From contig JAXGPA010000006.1 of the NCBI GenBank assembly GCA_040767195.1, positions 32,001-96,000 on the forward strand: a stretch of DNA of 64,000 bases, in the 5' to 3' direction. Below, in pieces: positions 19,542 through 28,809 of the stretch; within the stretch, counting starts at the first letter, position 1, and each line of letters begins with the position of its first letter. This DNA comes from Syntrophales bacterium. GTDB taxonomy: Bacteria; Desulfobacterota; Syntrophia; Syntrophales; UBA6807. The position numbers and the translations under genes are program-made. The notes beneath the pieces were generated by a model, which saw only the letters and a list, made by a program, of their open reading frames with translations, did no database searches and was not told the origin of the DNA.

Positions 19542-20891
19542 ATGAAAGCAAAAAACGTCATCAAGATGAAAAAAATCATCCGTTATTCGGGGATCCTCAT
19601 TATCGCGGCCGCCCTCGTGACCGGGGGATGGGTTTTTTACCCCTACGTGGAGGGTGAGGTTCCGGAAATCGTCCTGTCCCCCGACTTCCAGGTCCTGGGG
19701 CAGGAAAAAACCTTTTCCGTTTCCTTCGGGGATCGGAAAAGCGGCCTGAAAAGCACGGCCGTCGTCCTGTCCCAGGGCGACAGGCGTCACGTTCTCCAGA
19801 GGGAGGACTTTCCCCGAAAAGGGGTCGCCGCCCGAACCCTGACCCTCAAGGTCCGGGCCGGGGACCTGGACCTGAAAAACGGCGAGGCCCTCCTGGAAAT
19901 CAGCGCCCAGGACCACTCTCTCCGAAAGAACCGGGGCACCCTCACCCGGACGCTCCGGGTCGACGTCATCCCGCCCCACATCCAGGTTCTCACCGACAGG
20001 CACTACCTGAACCCCGGCGGCGCGGGGCTCATTGTCTACCGGGTCTCCAAGGAGCGGGTGAAAACCACCGTCATGGTGAACGACAGGACTTACGACCCCT
20101 ATGAAACCACCCTGTCCGGGCTGCCCGCCTACCTCTCCTACGTGGCCGTCCCCCTTGACGCGGGAAAGGGAAATCTCACCGTCACCGTCAAGGCGGAAGA
20201 CGAGGCGGGGAACCTGGCGCAGCGCGCCGTGGACTGCCACGTTCGAAACAGGTCTTTCCGAAAGGACGACATGGTCATCACGACCCGTTTTCTCGAGAAG
20301 AAAATGCCCGAGTTCCGGGCTTTCGACGAGAACCTCGGGAACCTGGATCTCCTGGGCGTTTTCTGCCACGTCAACACCATCATGCGGGAGGAAAATTTCA
20401 AAACCATCGCCGCCCTGTGCCGTTCGTCGGAACCCCGCCGGCTGTGGGAGGGCCCCTTTCTCAGGATGAATAACGCCGCCAACATGGCCCGTTTCGGAGA
20501 CCACAGGACCTACATTTACGAGGGCAGGCCCATCGGAGAGAGCCTCCACAACGGCATAGACCTGGCCTCGACGGCCCATGCCCCCGTGGAAGCGGCCAAT
20601 CACGGGAAAGTCGTCTTCTCGGGCTTCATCGGTATTTACGGAAACGCGATCCTGATCGACCACGGGCAGGGAATTTTCAGCTTTTACTCTCACCTGGGCA
20701 TGATGGACGTCCAGGTGGGCCAGTCCGTCCGGAAAGGGGAAATGATCGGGCGGACGGACACCACGGGACTGGCCGGAGGGGACCATCTCCACTTCGGCAT
20801 CTTTGTCGGACGCGATTTCGTCAATCCCCAGGAATGGTGGGATCCGCACTGGATCCGGGACAACATCACGGCGAAGCTCGGCGAGCCCTGA
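19542..20891 (+). CDS. M23 family metallopeptidase with N-terminal membrane anchor
   Basis: HNGID, YSHL and HLH motifs; start could be 19542 or 19566. Confidence 0.88.
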   Translation: MKAKNVIKMKKIIRYSGILIIAAALVTGGWVFYPYVEGEVPEIVLSPDFQVLGQEKTFSVSFGDRKSGLKSTAVVLSQGDRRHVLQREDFPRKGVAARTLTLKVRAGDLDLKNGEALLEISAQDHSLRKNRGTLTRTLRVDVIPPHIQVLTDRHYLNPGGAGLIVYRVSKERVKTTVMVNDRTYDPYETTLSGLPAYLSYVAVPLDAGKGNLTVTVKAEDEAGNLAQRAVDCHVRNRSFRKDDMVITTRFLEKKMPEFRAFDENLGNLDLLGVFCHVNTIMREENFKTIAALCRSSEPRRLWEGPFLRMNNAANMARFGDHRTYIYEGRPIGESLHNGIDLASTAHAPVEAANHGKVVFSGFIGIYGNAILIDHGQGIFSFYSHLGMMDVQVGQSVRKGEMIGRTDTTGLAGGDHLHFGIFVGRDFVNPQEWWDPHWIRDNITAKLGEP

Positions 20892-21758
20892 TCAGGTCCT
20901 CTGGATGTCCCGGTGATGAATGTTCACCCGGTAGTTCCGCTCGTCGAAATACCGGGAGAGCTGGTTGACCATGACGACGGAGCGGTGCCTGCCGCCGGTG
21001 CAGCCCAGGGCGATGTTCAGGTAGGCCTTCCCTTCCTTTTCGTAGAGAGGAGTAAGAAAGGTCATGAGTTCGTAGAGCTCCTGAAGAAATTTCCGGCTTT
21101 CGTCCCAGCCCATGACGTAGTCCACGATCTTCGGGTTGTTGCCGTCGAACTGTTTCAGATCCTGGACAAAGTAAGGGTTGGGGAGGAAGCGGGCGTCGAA
21201 AACCATGTCTGCTTCGGGGGGCAGCCCGTAGCGGTACCCGAAGGAGATGAGGTTCACCACCAGTTTTTTGCTCTCCGAGGGGGTGGTGTAGTAGCGCTGG
21301 ATGAGTTCCTTCAGCTGGTGGACGTTGTAAAGGGACGTGTCCACGACCATGTCGGCCATGGACTTGAGTTCCCTCATTTTCTCCCTCTCCAGGCGAATGC
21401 TTTCCGCCACCGTTCTCCGGTCCGACAGGGGGTGAGACCTTCGGGTCTCGCTGAAACGGTGGAGCAGGGTCTCGTCACCGGCCTCGAGGAAGAGAATCTC
21501 GATCATGTAACCCTGTTCCTTGAGTTCCCTGAAAATCTCCCCGTACCGGTCCAGGAAGTGCTTTTCACGGACGTCCATGACCAGGGCGATCTTGGAAATC
21601 TCGTCGGCCCTCCCGAGCTGCATGTCGAGAAGCTTCGGCAGGAGGGAAACGGGAAGGTTGTCCACGCAGAAAAAGCCGATGTCCTCGAGGGAGCGGAGCA
21701 CCGTGCTCTTTCCCGAACCGGACATGCCCGTTACGACGACGATGCGGATGTTTTTCAT
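20892..21758 (-). CDS. rapZ: RNase adapter RapZ
   Basis: TGMSGSGKS, CVDNLP, DARFLPNP, GCTGGRHRSV. Confidence 0.95.
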   Translation of the reverse strand: MKNIRIVVVTGMSGSGKSTVLRSLEDIGFFCVDNLPVSLLPKLLDMQLGRADEISKIALVMDVREKHFLDRYGEIFRELKEQGYMIEILFLEAGDETLLHRFSETRRSHPLSDRRTVAESIRLEREKMRELKSMADMVVDTSLYNVHQLKELIQRYYTTPSESKKLVVNLISFGYRYGLPPEADMVFDARFLPNPYFVQDLKQFDGNNPKIVDYVMGWDESRKFLQELYELMTFLTPLYEKEGKAYLNIALGCTGGRHRSVVMVNQLSRYFDERNYRVNIHHRDIQRT

Positions 21759-22651
21759 GAGCCTTTGCCCGATTCCCTTTCCCTGTCCTTTCTGAGAATG
21801 TGGTTTTTCGCCACGATCTCCACGATGGTCGCCATGTTTCCCCCGGAACGGACGGGAACGCGAATCACGGGAACGGGAACGCCCAGGATGGAGCGGCGCC
21901 GTTCTTCCGATTCGATCCTGTCAAAGGCGGCCCCGGTCTTCCAGCGGACCAGTTCCACGTCGATTTCCACGACCGTTTCCTCCGCCACGGCGGCAACGCC
22001 GAAGAGGCTCTTCACGTTCACCAGGCCGAGCCCCCGGATCTCCATGACGTGTTTGATCAGCCCGGGGCTTCGGCCCCGCAGGCGCCCGTATTCCCCTTTT
22101 TCCACCCGGATGAGATCGTCGGAGACAAGCTTGTGCCCCCGGTTCACCAGTTCGAGAGCGCATTCGCTCTTGCCGATGCCGCTTTCGCCGGTGATGAGGA
22201 TACCGATGCCGAATATCTCGACGAGGACGCCGTGCAGAGAGGTGGTTCCGTGAACCACTTCGCCGATCCGGCGAAGGATTTCGTTTTCCGCCCCCCAGGC
22301 GTCACGGTGGCAGAGAAGAAGGGGCGTGTTTTTCCCGTCGGCGGCCTGGACAAGAAAGGCAGGGGCTTCCCCCGTTCCCGCGAGGACGATGAAATCGGGC
22401 TGGTGATCGAAGAGACCCTTCAGGAAAAGGTCCTGTTCCGGGGCCGGCGCCGCGGACATCCGGGAAACGAGGCTCCCGGGCAGGATGATCCCTCCCCCGG
22501 AAAACCCGGGGAACCCTGGCGGGAGTTCCTCGAAAACGCGAACCGACGGGGCCTGGAGATTCCTGTCCATTCCTCCCTGCCCGGCAACCGGGAGAAAGGG
22601 ATCCTCCCCGTCTCCGGCCTGAAGAAGATCCATCACCGAGGGGTCAGCCAT
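21755..22651 (-). CDS. hprK: HPr kinase/phosphorylase (divergent N-terminus)
   Basis: HGVLV...GESGIGKSE, LVSDD, MEIRGLG. Confidence 0.85.
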   Translation of the reverse strand: MADPSVMDLLQAGDGEDPFLPVAGQGGMDRNLQAPSVRVFEELPPGFPGFSGGGIILPGSLVSRMSAAPAPEQDLFLKGLFDHQPDFIVLAGTGEAPAFLVQAADGKNTPLLLCHRDAWGAENEILRRIGEVVHGTTSLHGVLVEIFGIGILITGESGIGKSECALELVNRGHKLVSDDLIRVEKGEYGRLRGRSPGLIKHVMEIRGLGLVNVKSLFGVAAVAEETVVEIDVELVRWKTGAAFDRIESEERRRSILGVPVPVIRVPVRSGGNMATIVEIVAKNHILRKDRERESGKGS

Positions 22652-22795
22652 GATGAACTCACAGAAGGTCCGATGTATGACGGCTTCTCGGAAAGCCGTC
22701 CGAAAAAAGAGCGTTTCCAGGCTTTTCAGGGTTTGTCACGACGGGTTCCCCCAGGGGATCGCCGAACCCGCCGGAAAGCTGGAAATGCCGGGAAC

Positions 22796-23263
22796 CTACA
22801 TGAAGGACAGGTCCTTCTCCCGAATGAGGTTGTAGAGATCCGTTTTCGACTCCGCCTTCATCAGGCTCTGCCGGAACGTTTCGTCCTTGAGCATTCGCGA
22901 GATTTTTGCCAGGGCTTTCAGGTGCTGGCCCGCCGAATTTTCAGGGGCCATGAGCAGGAAGAAGAGGTAAGCCGGCTTGCCGTCCAGGGCTTCGAAATCG
23001 ACCCCCCTTGTGCTTCTTCCGAAAGAGACGATAAGCCGTTCAAGTGACGCCATCTTGCCGTGAGGAATGGCGATTCCCTCACCGATACCGGTGCTTCCGA
23101 GTTTCTCCCGGTCCAGAAGGACATCCACGACGGCGGCGCTGTCCAGGGATGGTTTTTCCTCGAGAAGAATCTCCGAGAGTTCGCAGAGAACTTCCTTTTT
23201 TGTTTTCGCCTTCAGTTCGTCTATGACGCAAACTTCTGAAAGAAGGTCGGTAATCGATATCAT
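22796..23263 (-). CDS. ptsN: PTS IIA(Ntr)-like protein
   Basis: REKLGSTGIGEGIAIPHG. Confidence 0.9.
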   Translation of the reverse strand: MISITDLLSEVCVIDELKAKTKKEVLCELSEILLEEKPSLDSAAVVDVLLDREKLGSTGIGEGIAIPHGKMASLERLIVSFGRSTRGVDFEALDGKPAYLFFLLMAPENSAGQHLKALAKISRMLKDETFRQSLMKAESKTDLYNLIREKDLSFM

Positions 23264-23276
23264 CTCGGCTCCGTAA

Positions 23277-23813
23277 TCAGGATTTTGTTTCGATGAGACC
23301 GTAATTCCCGTCGTTCCTGCGATAGAGAATGCTCACGTTCTCCGTGGAAAAATCCCGATAGACGACGAAAGGCGCCCTCGACCCCTCGATCTGCAGAACG
23401 GCGTCGTCCACGGACATGGGCTGAAGAACGACTTTTCGCGTCTCCACGATCTGAGGTTCCGTCTCCCCGGAGACCGCCTCCGCCCCTTCCTCGAGAAGCT
23501 CGGAACCGGCCTTGACGGCGTTCTCCTTCCGGTTCTGAATCTTTTCCTTGTGTTTTTTCAGCTGGCGCTCGATCTTGTCCACCACCTCGTCCACGGCGGT
23601 GATCATGTCCTTGGCCTCTTCCTTTCCGACGATATTCACGCCTTTCCCCAGGAGCTTGACCTCCGCCACGTTCCTGAATTTCTCCACGGAGAGAATGACG
23701 CTTGTTTCGACGGGTTTGTCGATGTATTTCTTCAATCGCTGAATTTTCTTGCTCACATGGTCTTTCAGCCAGTCTTCCCCTTCCATGTTACGGAAGGTCA
23801 GGGAAATCTGCAT
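23277..23813 (-). CDS. hpf: Ribosome hibernation factor, long HPF
   Basis: VDKIERQLKKHK and C-terminal PMSVDDA...YRRNDGNYGLIE; follows rpoN. Confidence 0.9.
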   Translation of the reverse strand: MQISLTFRNMEGEDWLKDHVSKKIQRLKKYIDKPVETSVILSVEKFRNVAEVKLLGKGVNIVGKEEAKDMITAVDEVVDKIERQLKKHKEKIQNRKENAVKAGSELLEEGAEAVSGETEPQIVETRKVVLQPMSVDDAVLQIEGSRAPFVVYRDFSTENVSILYRRNDGNYGLIETKS

Positions 23814-23959
23814 ATGCCTGTTCCTCCTCTGTCGATGCTTTCCGTTCCCGGGGATTCGCGTACAAGGAAGCTGAACTTTTTTCTTTCACCCGGGAAGGCG
23901 AATATGAATCGTCCCTATAATGGAAAAAGGCCGGGAAAGTCAACCCATTTCGCCGGGAC

Positions 23960-25411
23960 TCAAAAGAATTTTTTTCTTTTCAGGGACGGCAGGATCCCCA
24001 TGAGCTCGCGGTACTTGGCCACGGTCCTCCGGGCGATGCGTATTCCCGACTTCCCCAGGAGCGACACGATCTGGCCGTCGTGAAGAGGCTTCCGGGGGTC
24101 TTCCCGGGCGATGATGTCCCGGATCCTTTCCCGGACGCTCTCCGACGCCACGGCGTCGCCGTCGGTCCTGTTGATGCCGCTGTTGAAAAAATACTTGAGC
24201 TCGAAGATGCCCCGGGGCGTGTGCATGTACTTGTTGGTCGTCACGCGGCTGATGGTCGACTCGTGCATCTCCACGTCCTCGGCGATGTCCCGGAGCACCA
24301 TCGGTTTCAGGTACTGGATGCCCTTGTCGAAAAACGCCTGCTGCTGCGCGACGATGCTTTCCGAGACGCGGTAGATCGTCCTTTGCCTCTGCTGGATGCT
24401 CTTGATGAGCCAGGTGGCCGACTGCAGCCTCTCCCGGATGTAGTCCTTGTTCTGCTCGGTGCCGACCCCGCCGTTCGCGGCGCCTGCCAGGATGTCCCGG
24501 TAAGCGCTGCTCAACTTGATCCGCGGCAGGCCGTCGTCGTTAAGCACGATCCGGTAGGCGTCCCCCATTTTGAACACGAAGACATCGGGAACGATGAAAT
24601 GGGGCTTCTCGTCGCTGTAAACCATGCCCGGGCGCGGGTCCAGGTTGGTGATCACCCGGACGGCGACCAGGACCTCCTCCAGGGTAACCTTCAGTTTCCG
24701 TGCGATGAGCGGGTAATTCTTCGTTTCCAGGTCTTTCATGTGCTCGTCGAGGATTCGCTCGATGAGCGGTTCGTTGAGGCCCAGGCTCTCAAGCTGGTTC
24801 ACCAGGCACTCCCGGAGATCCCGGGCGGCGACGCCGGGGGGATCGAAATCCTGGATCCTTTTCAGGACCCGTTCCACCAGGGCCGTGTCCGCCTTTTCGA
24901 TTGCCGCGATTTCCTCAACCGTGGCCAGGAGGTAGCCTCCGCTGTCGAGATTGCCGATGATCTGGCCCCCGATCCGCTTCTCCTCCTCCGTTGAAGGTGA
25001 CAGGTTGAGCTGCCAGTGAAGATAGTCCGCCAGGGTTTCTTTCCGGGTCATGAGGTTCTCGACGGGCGGAAGATCGCTCTCCTCCCGGTAGTAAGTGACC
25101 CCGACGGGCCCGTAATCCTCCAGGTAGCTGTTCCAGTCGAAATCCTCCTTCCCGTCGCCCTCGCCGGTCACCTCTTTCGTGCGGATGATCTCCTGTTCGC
25201 CGGACCCTTCCAGTTCGTGCCGCCGGTCCTCCTTTCCCTCCATCTCGTCCGGCGCCTGTTCCTCCAGGAGAGGGTTCTGCTCCATTTCCTGGGCCACCAG
25301 GTCGGCAAGCTCGATCCGGGAAAGCTGGAGGAGTTTTATCGCCTGCTGCAGCTGGGGCGTCATGATCAGCTGCTGGGTGAGCTTCAGGCTCTGTTTCAGC
25401 TCAATGCTCAT
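23960..25411 (-). CDS. rpoN: RNA polymerase sigma-54 factor
   Basis: MTPQLQQAIKLLQL, HESTISR, RpoN box ARRTVAKYRE. Confidence 0.97.
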   Translation of the reverse strand: MSIELKQSLKLTQQLIMTPQLQQAIKLLQLSRIELADLVAQEMEQNPLLEEQAPDEMEGKEDRRHELEGSGEQEIIRTKEVTGEGDGKEDFDWNSYLEDYGPVGVTYYREESDLPPVENLMTRKETLADYLHWQLNLSPSTEEEKRIGGQIIGNLDSGGYLLATVEEIAAIEKADTALVERVLKRIQDFDPPGVAARDLRECLVNQLESLGLNEPLIERILDEHMKDLETKNYPLIARKLKVTLEEVLVAVRVITNLDPRPGMVYSDEKPHFIVPDVFVFKMGDAYRIVLNDDGLPRIKLSSAYRDILAGAANGGVGTEQNKDYIRERLQSATWLIKSIQQRQRTIYRVSESIVAQQQAFFDKGIQYLKPMVLRDIAEDVEMHESTISRVTTNKYMHTPRGIFELKYFFNSGINRTDGDAVASESVRERIRDIIAREDPRKPLHDGQIVSLLGKSGIRIARRTVAKYRELMGILPSLKRKKFF

Positions 25412-25452
25412 TTATCCTGTCTCAAGGTCTCCTGTGGACCTTCGATAAGTCG

Positions 25453-26181
25453 TCAAAAATTAAATCGTTCACCAAGATAGAATTTCCGCGCCAGGTCGCT
25501 TCCGGCGATCCGCTCCGGGGGCCCCTCGATGAGGAGGCTTCCCTCGTTGAGAATGTAAGCCCGGTCACAGACGGTCAGGGTCTCCCGGACATTGTGATCG
25601 GAAATCACCACCCCGATGTTCCTGGCCTTCAGGTCCAAGATGATCTTCTGTATGTCCTCGATGGCCAGCGGGTCTATCCCGGCAAAGGGCTCATCGAGGA
25701 GGATGAACTGGGGCGACGTGACGAGAGACCGGGTAATCTCCACGCGCCTTCTTTCGCCTCCCGACAGGGCATAAGCGGGGCTTCCCGCCAGGGGGGCGAG
25801 ACCCAGTTCCTCCAGAAGCTCGGCCAGGCGCCTTTTCGTCTCCTCCCGGCTCGTCCCCAGCATCTCGAGGATGGCCAGGATGTTTTCCTCCACGGTAAGC
25901 TTCCGGAAGACCGAGGGCTCCTGAGGCAGGTAGCTGATCCCTTTCCGGGCGCGAAGGTACATGGGCTCACCGCCGATTTCCTGCCCGTTCAGGCGAATGG
26001 ACCCCTGGTCGGGGCGGATCAGCCCGACGATCATGTAAAAGGTCGTCGTCTTCCCCGCGCCGTTGGGCCCGAGAAGGCCCACGACTTCGCCCCGCCTGAG
26101 GGAGAGGGTGACCCCTTTCACCACCGCCCTTCCGTGGTACGTTTTCAAAAGATCGATTGCCTCGAGGGTTGCCGGATTCAC
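25453..26181 (-). CDS. lptB: LPS export ABC ATPase
   Basis: GPNGAGKTT, YLPQEPSVF, LSGGERRRVEI, LDEPFAGIDP. Confidence 0.95.
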   Translation of the reverse strand: MNPATLEAIDLLKTYHGRAVVKGVTLSLRRGEVVGLLGPNGAGKTTTFYMIVGLIRPDQGSIRLNGQEIGGEPMYLRARKGISYLPQEPSVFRKLTVEENILAILEMLGTSREETKRRLAELLEELGLAPLAGSPAYALSGGERRRVEITRSLVTSPQFILLDEPFAGIDPLAIEDIQKIILDLKARNIGVVISDHNVRETLTVCDRAYILNEGSLLIEGPPERIAGSDLARKFYLGERFNF

Positions 26182-26222
26182 CGCGCCTCAACCGTGTTCG
26201 GTCCCTTCTTCCAGGCCCGCCG

Positions 26223-26783
26223 TCATTTCTCGTCGGGGAAAAGGGTGGCCTTGACCCGCTTTTTTTCCGAGCCTTCCACCATCCCGACATTTTCATCGAG
26301 ACGATAGACGATCCTGTCGCCCTCGATGCGATTTTTGCCGTCTTCCAGGACCGCGTGGCCGGTGACGACGACTTTCCGCTCACCGGCGAAAAAGTCCGCT
26401 TCGTCCCCGGTGACCCGGCGGCCCTCCTTGAAAATTTCCACGTCCCCTTTCGCCGTCACCCGGTCCACCTCCCCCAGGCCGGACCCTTCCGCCGAGCCGG
26501 GGGAAGACCGGTAATGGACGACGAGTTCCCGGGACCGGACCGTCATGTTCTCGCGAACCGCCCGGACATCACCGGAAAAAACGGCGATGTTCTTCTCTCC
26601 CTCGATGGTGAGCCGCTCGGCGGTCACCAGGAGCGGCGGCCCTTCTTCTTCCGCCGCGGCGTCGCCCGGGCCCGCCAGGAGGAGCGCCAGAAAGAGGAGC
26701 GTCGATACCGCCAGATTGTTTCTTGTCCAGGCACTCTCAAGAAATCTTCTCTTCACCGTAACACCGAAAACGCGAATTGTCAC
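26223..26783 (-). CDS. lptA: LPS transport periplasmic protein (start uncertain)
   Basis: OstA-like pattern (VFSGDVRAV, AKGDV, GDRIVY); between lptC and lptB. Confidence 0.8.
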   Translation of the reverse strand: MTIRVFGVTVKRRFLESAWTRNNLAVSTLLFLALLLAGPGDAAAEEEGPPLLVTAERLTIEGEKNIAVFSGDVRAVRENMTVRSRELVVHYRSSPGSAEGSGLGEVDRVTAKGDVEIFKEGRRVTGDEADFFAGERKVVVTGHAVLEDGKNRIEGDRIVYRLDENVGMVEGSEKKRVKATLFPDEK

Positions 26784-27346
26784 CGCCCCGGGAAAGACAG
26801 GGAAAAGCCGGCTATCCTGGCCCGGACGGCCCCGGCCGCCTCGAAGCGCTTCTCCCCGGGCCGCAGGATCAGGCCCTCACCCCGTATTTCCATGTCCCCA
26901 TAGGCGATCCTGAATTCCCCCGGCGTGAAGATCTTTCCCTCTTCATGCCGGTAATGAAGTTCATCGGCTTCGCAGCGGTCTCCCCGGTCGGAGGTGAGGA
27001 CCACGTCCCCGTAAAGATCCATGTTCCTCTTTTCCGTGTCCACCTCGCCACGGCGGGCGGTGATGTCGTAAACACCGCCGGTGTCCTTCATCTCCACCCG
27101 GACATTTTCCAGGGTCACCTTCTTTTCCTTCATGGAATAGCGCGCCGTGTCGGCGAAAACGGTCCACTGAACGGTGGATTCATCCACCTGGTCGAGCCGG
27201 AAGTCCCGCACCACCACGTCGGCCTTTTCCGAAAACACCTTGAGGGCTTTTCCCGGTTCGTTCCCGCCGCGACTGAAGAAAAAAGCGAGGAAGAAAAAAA
27301 AAGCAATGAAAAGAGCAAGGGAAACGAGAACCTTTTTTCGTTTCAT
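26780..27346 (-). CDS. lptC: LPS export protein LptC
   Basis: N-terminal TM, beta-rich body, synteny kdsC-lptC-lptA-lptB. Confidence 0.75.
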   Translation of the reverse strand: MKRKKVLVSLALFIAFFFFLAFFFSRGGNEPGKALKVFSEKADVVVRDFRLDQVDESTVQWTVFADTARYSMKEKKVTLENVRVEMKDTGGVYDITARRGEVDTEKRNMDLYGDVVLTSDRGDRCEADELHYRHEEGKIFTPGEFRIAYGDMEIRGEGLILRPGEKRFEAAGAVRARIAGFSLSFPGR

Positions 27347-27400
27347 GACGAGGTCCTGATTTCAATATATCACTGTCCCCGCGGCCTGTAAAGCGAACCG

Positions 27401-27976
27401 TCAGGGCAGATCCAGCTCGTACCGGGATGCTATTTCCTCCCACTTGCCCTGGACCTGGAGAATCAGCTCGCAGACTTCCCGGACGGCCCCCCGGCCGCCG
27501 GGCCGGCGGGTCACGTAATGGGCCTGCCTTTTCGCGTATTCGGAGGCGTCGGCCACCGATACGGCAAACCCCACCCGCCGGAAAAGAGGGACATCGACGA
27601 TGTCGTCTCCCATGCAGGCGATTTCGGCGGCCCCGATGCCGTGGCGTTCCATGATTTCACGAAGGACCGCCGGCTTATCCCAGGCCTTCTGGTGAACCTC
27701 CGAGACGCCCAGGTCGGCGGCCCGGCGGGGGACGACCCCCGAGGTCCGACCGGTGACGAAGATCACCCGGATTCCCGCCCGCATGAGAAGTTTCAGTCCG
27801 TGACCGTCCCGGACGTCGAAATGCTTGGTTTCCCGGCCTTCGTCGTCCATGATGATCCGCCCGTCGGTGAGAACGCCGTCCACATCGGTGATGAAGTAGG
27901 TCACGGGAAGAATCCGTTTCCGCAGGTCGTCGGAAACCGCCGCCGGTCCCAGGTTCTCCTGTCTTTCCGCTTTCAC
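27401..27976 (-). CDS. kdsC: KDO 8-phosphate phosphatase (HAD)
   Basis: DVDGVLTDG, GDDIVD, GGRGAVRE. Confidence 0.92.
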   Translation of the reverse strand: MKAERQENLGPAAVSDDLRKRILPVTYFITDVDGVLTDGRIIMDDEGRETKHFDVRDGHGLKLLMRAGIRVIFVTGRTSGVVPRRAADLGVSEVHQKAWDKPAVLREIMERHGIGAAEIACMGDDIVDVPLFRRVGFAVSVADASEYAKRQAHYVTRRPGGRGAVREVCELILQVQGKWEEIASRYELDLP

Positions 27977-28809
27977 AGGCGCTCCTTTTCCTTGACGAGA
28001 TCATCGATGCCCCTGAGGAGGCGCAGAATGTCCGGCAGGCGGTCCAGGTAGAGGGAGTTGGGCCCGTCGCAAAGGGCCCGGGGCGGGTCGGGGTGGGCTT
28101 CCACGAAAAGACCGTCCACCCCCGCCGCGACGGCGGCGCGGGCCAGGAAAACGGCCATTTCCCGGTCACCGCCCGACGCGTCTCCCTCGCCGCCGGGAAA
28201 CTGCACGCTGTGGGTAGCGTCGAATATGACGGGGTATCCCGTCTTTCTCAGAACGGGAAGGGACCGCATGTCCGCCACCAGGTCGTTGTACCCGAAGGTG
28301 TAGCCCCGCTCCGTGATGGTGATGTTTCCGTTCCCCGCGGCGGCCGCCTTGTCGAGGATCATCCGGCCGTCGTGGGGGGCGACGAACTGTCCCTTCTTGA
28401 TGTTGAGGACCCGGGCCTTGCGGGCCGCTTCCTGGACGAAATCGGTCTGGCGGCAGAGAAAAGCGGGCACCTGGACGATGTCGAGAACCGCCGAGGCCGC
28501 CTCGATCTCCTCGAACCGGTGGACATCGGACAGGACCGGGACGGCGATTTCCCTTTTAACCTTCTCGAGTACCCGAAGCCCCTTTTCGAGTCCCGGTCCC
28601 CGGAAAGACGCCCGGGACGTCCGGTTCGCCTTGTCGTAGGAGGCCTTGAAGACGAAGGGGATCCCCAGGGCTTCGGCGGTTTCCCGAAGCTTTTCCGCCG
28701 TCCTGAGGGTCATGTCCTCGCTTTCGATGACGCAGGGACCTGCGATGAGGACGAAGGGGCGGCCCCCCCCGATAACCACGCCCGGCCGGATTTCGATTTC
28801 TCTTGTCAT
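27973..28809 (-). CDS. kdsA: KDO 8-phosphate synthase
   Basis: IAGPCVIE, KASYDKANRTS, PAFLCRQTD, DATHSVQ. Confidence 0.95.
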   Translation of the reverse strand: MTREIEIRPGVVIGGGRPFVLIAGPCVIESEDMTLRTAEKLRETAEALGIPFVFKASYDKANRTSRASFRGPGLEKGLRVLEKVKREIAVPVLSDVHRFEEIEAASAVLDIVQVPAFLCRQTDFVQEAARKARVLNIKKGQFVAPHDGRMILDKAAAAGNGNITITERGYTFGYNDLVADMRSLPVLRKTGYPVIFDATHSVQFPGGEGDASGGDREMAVFLARAAVAAGVDGLFVEAHPDPPRALCDGPNSLYLDRLPDILRLLRGIDDLVKEKERL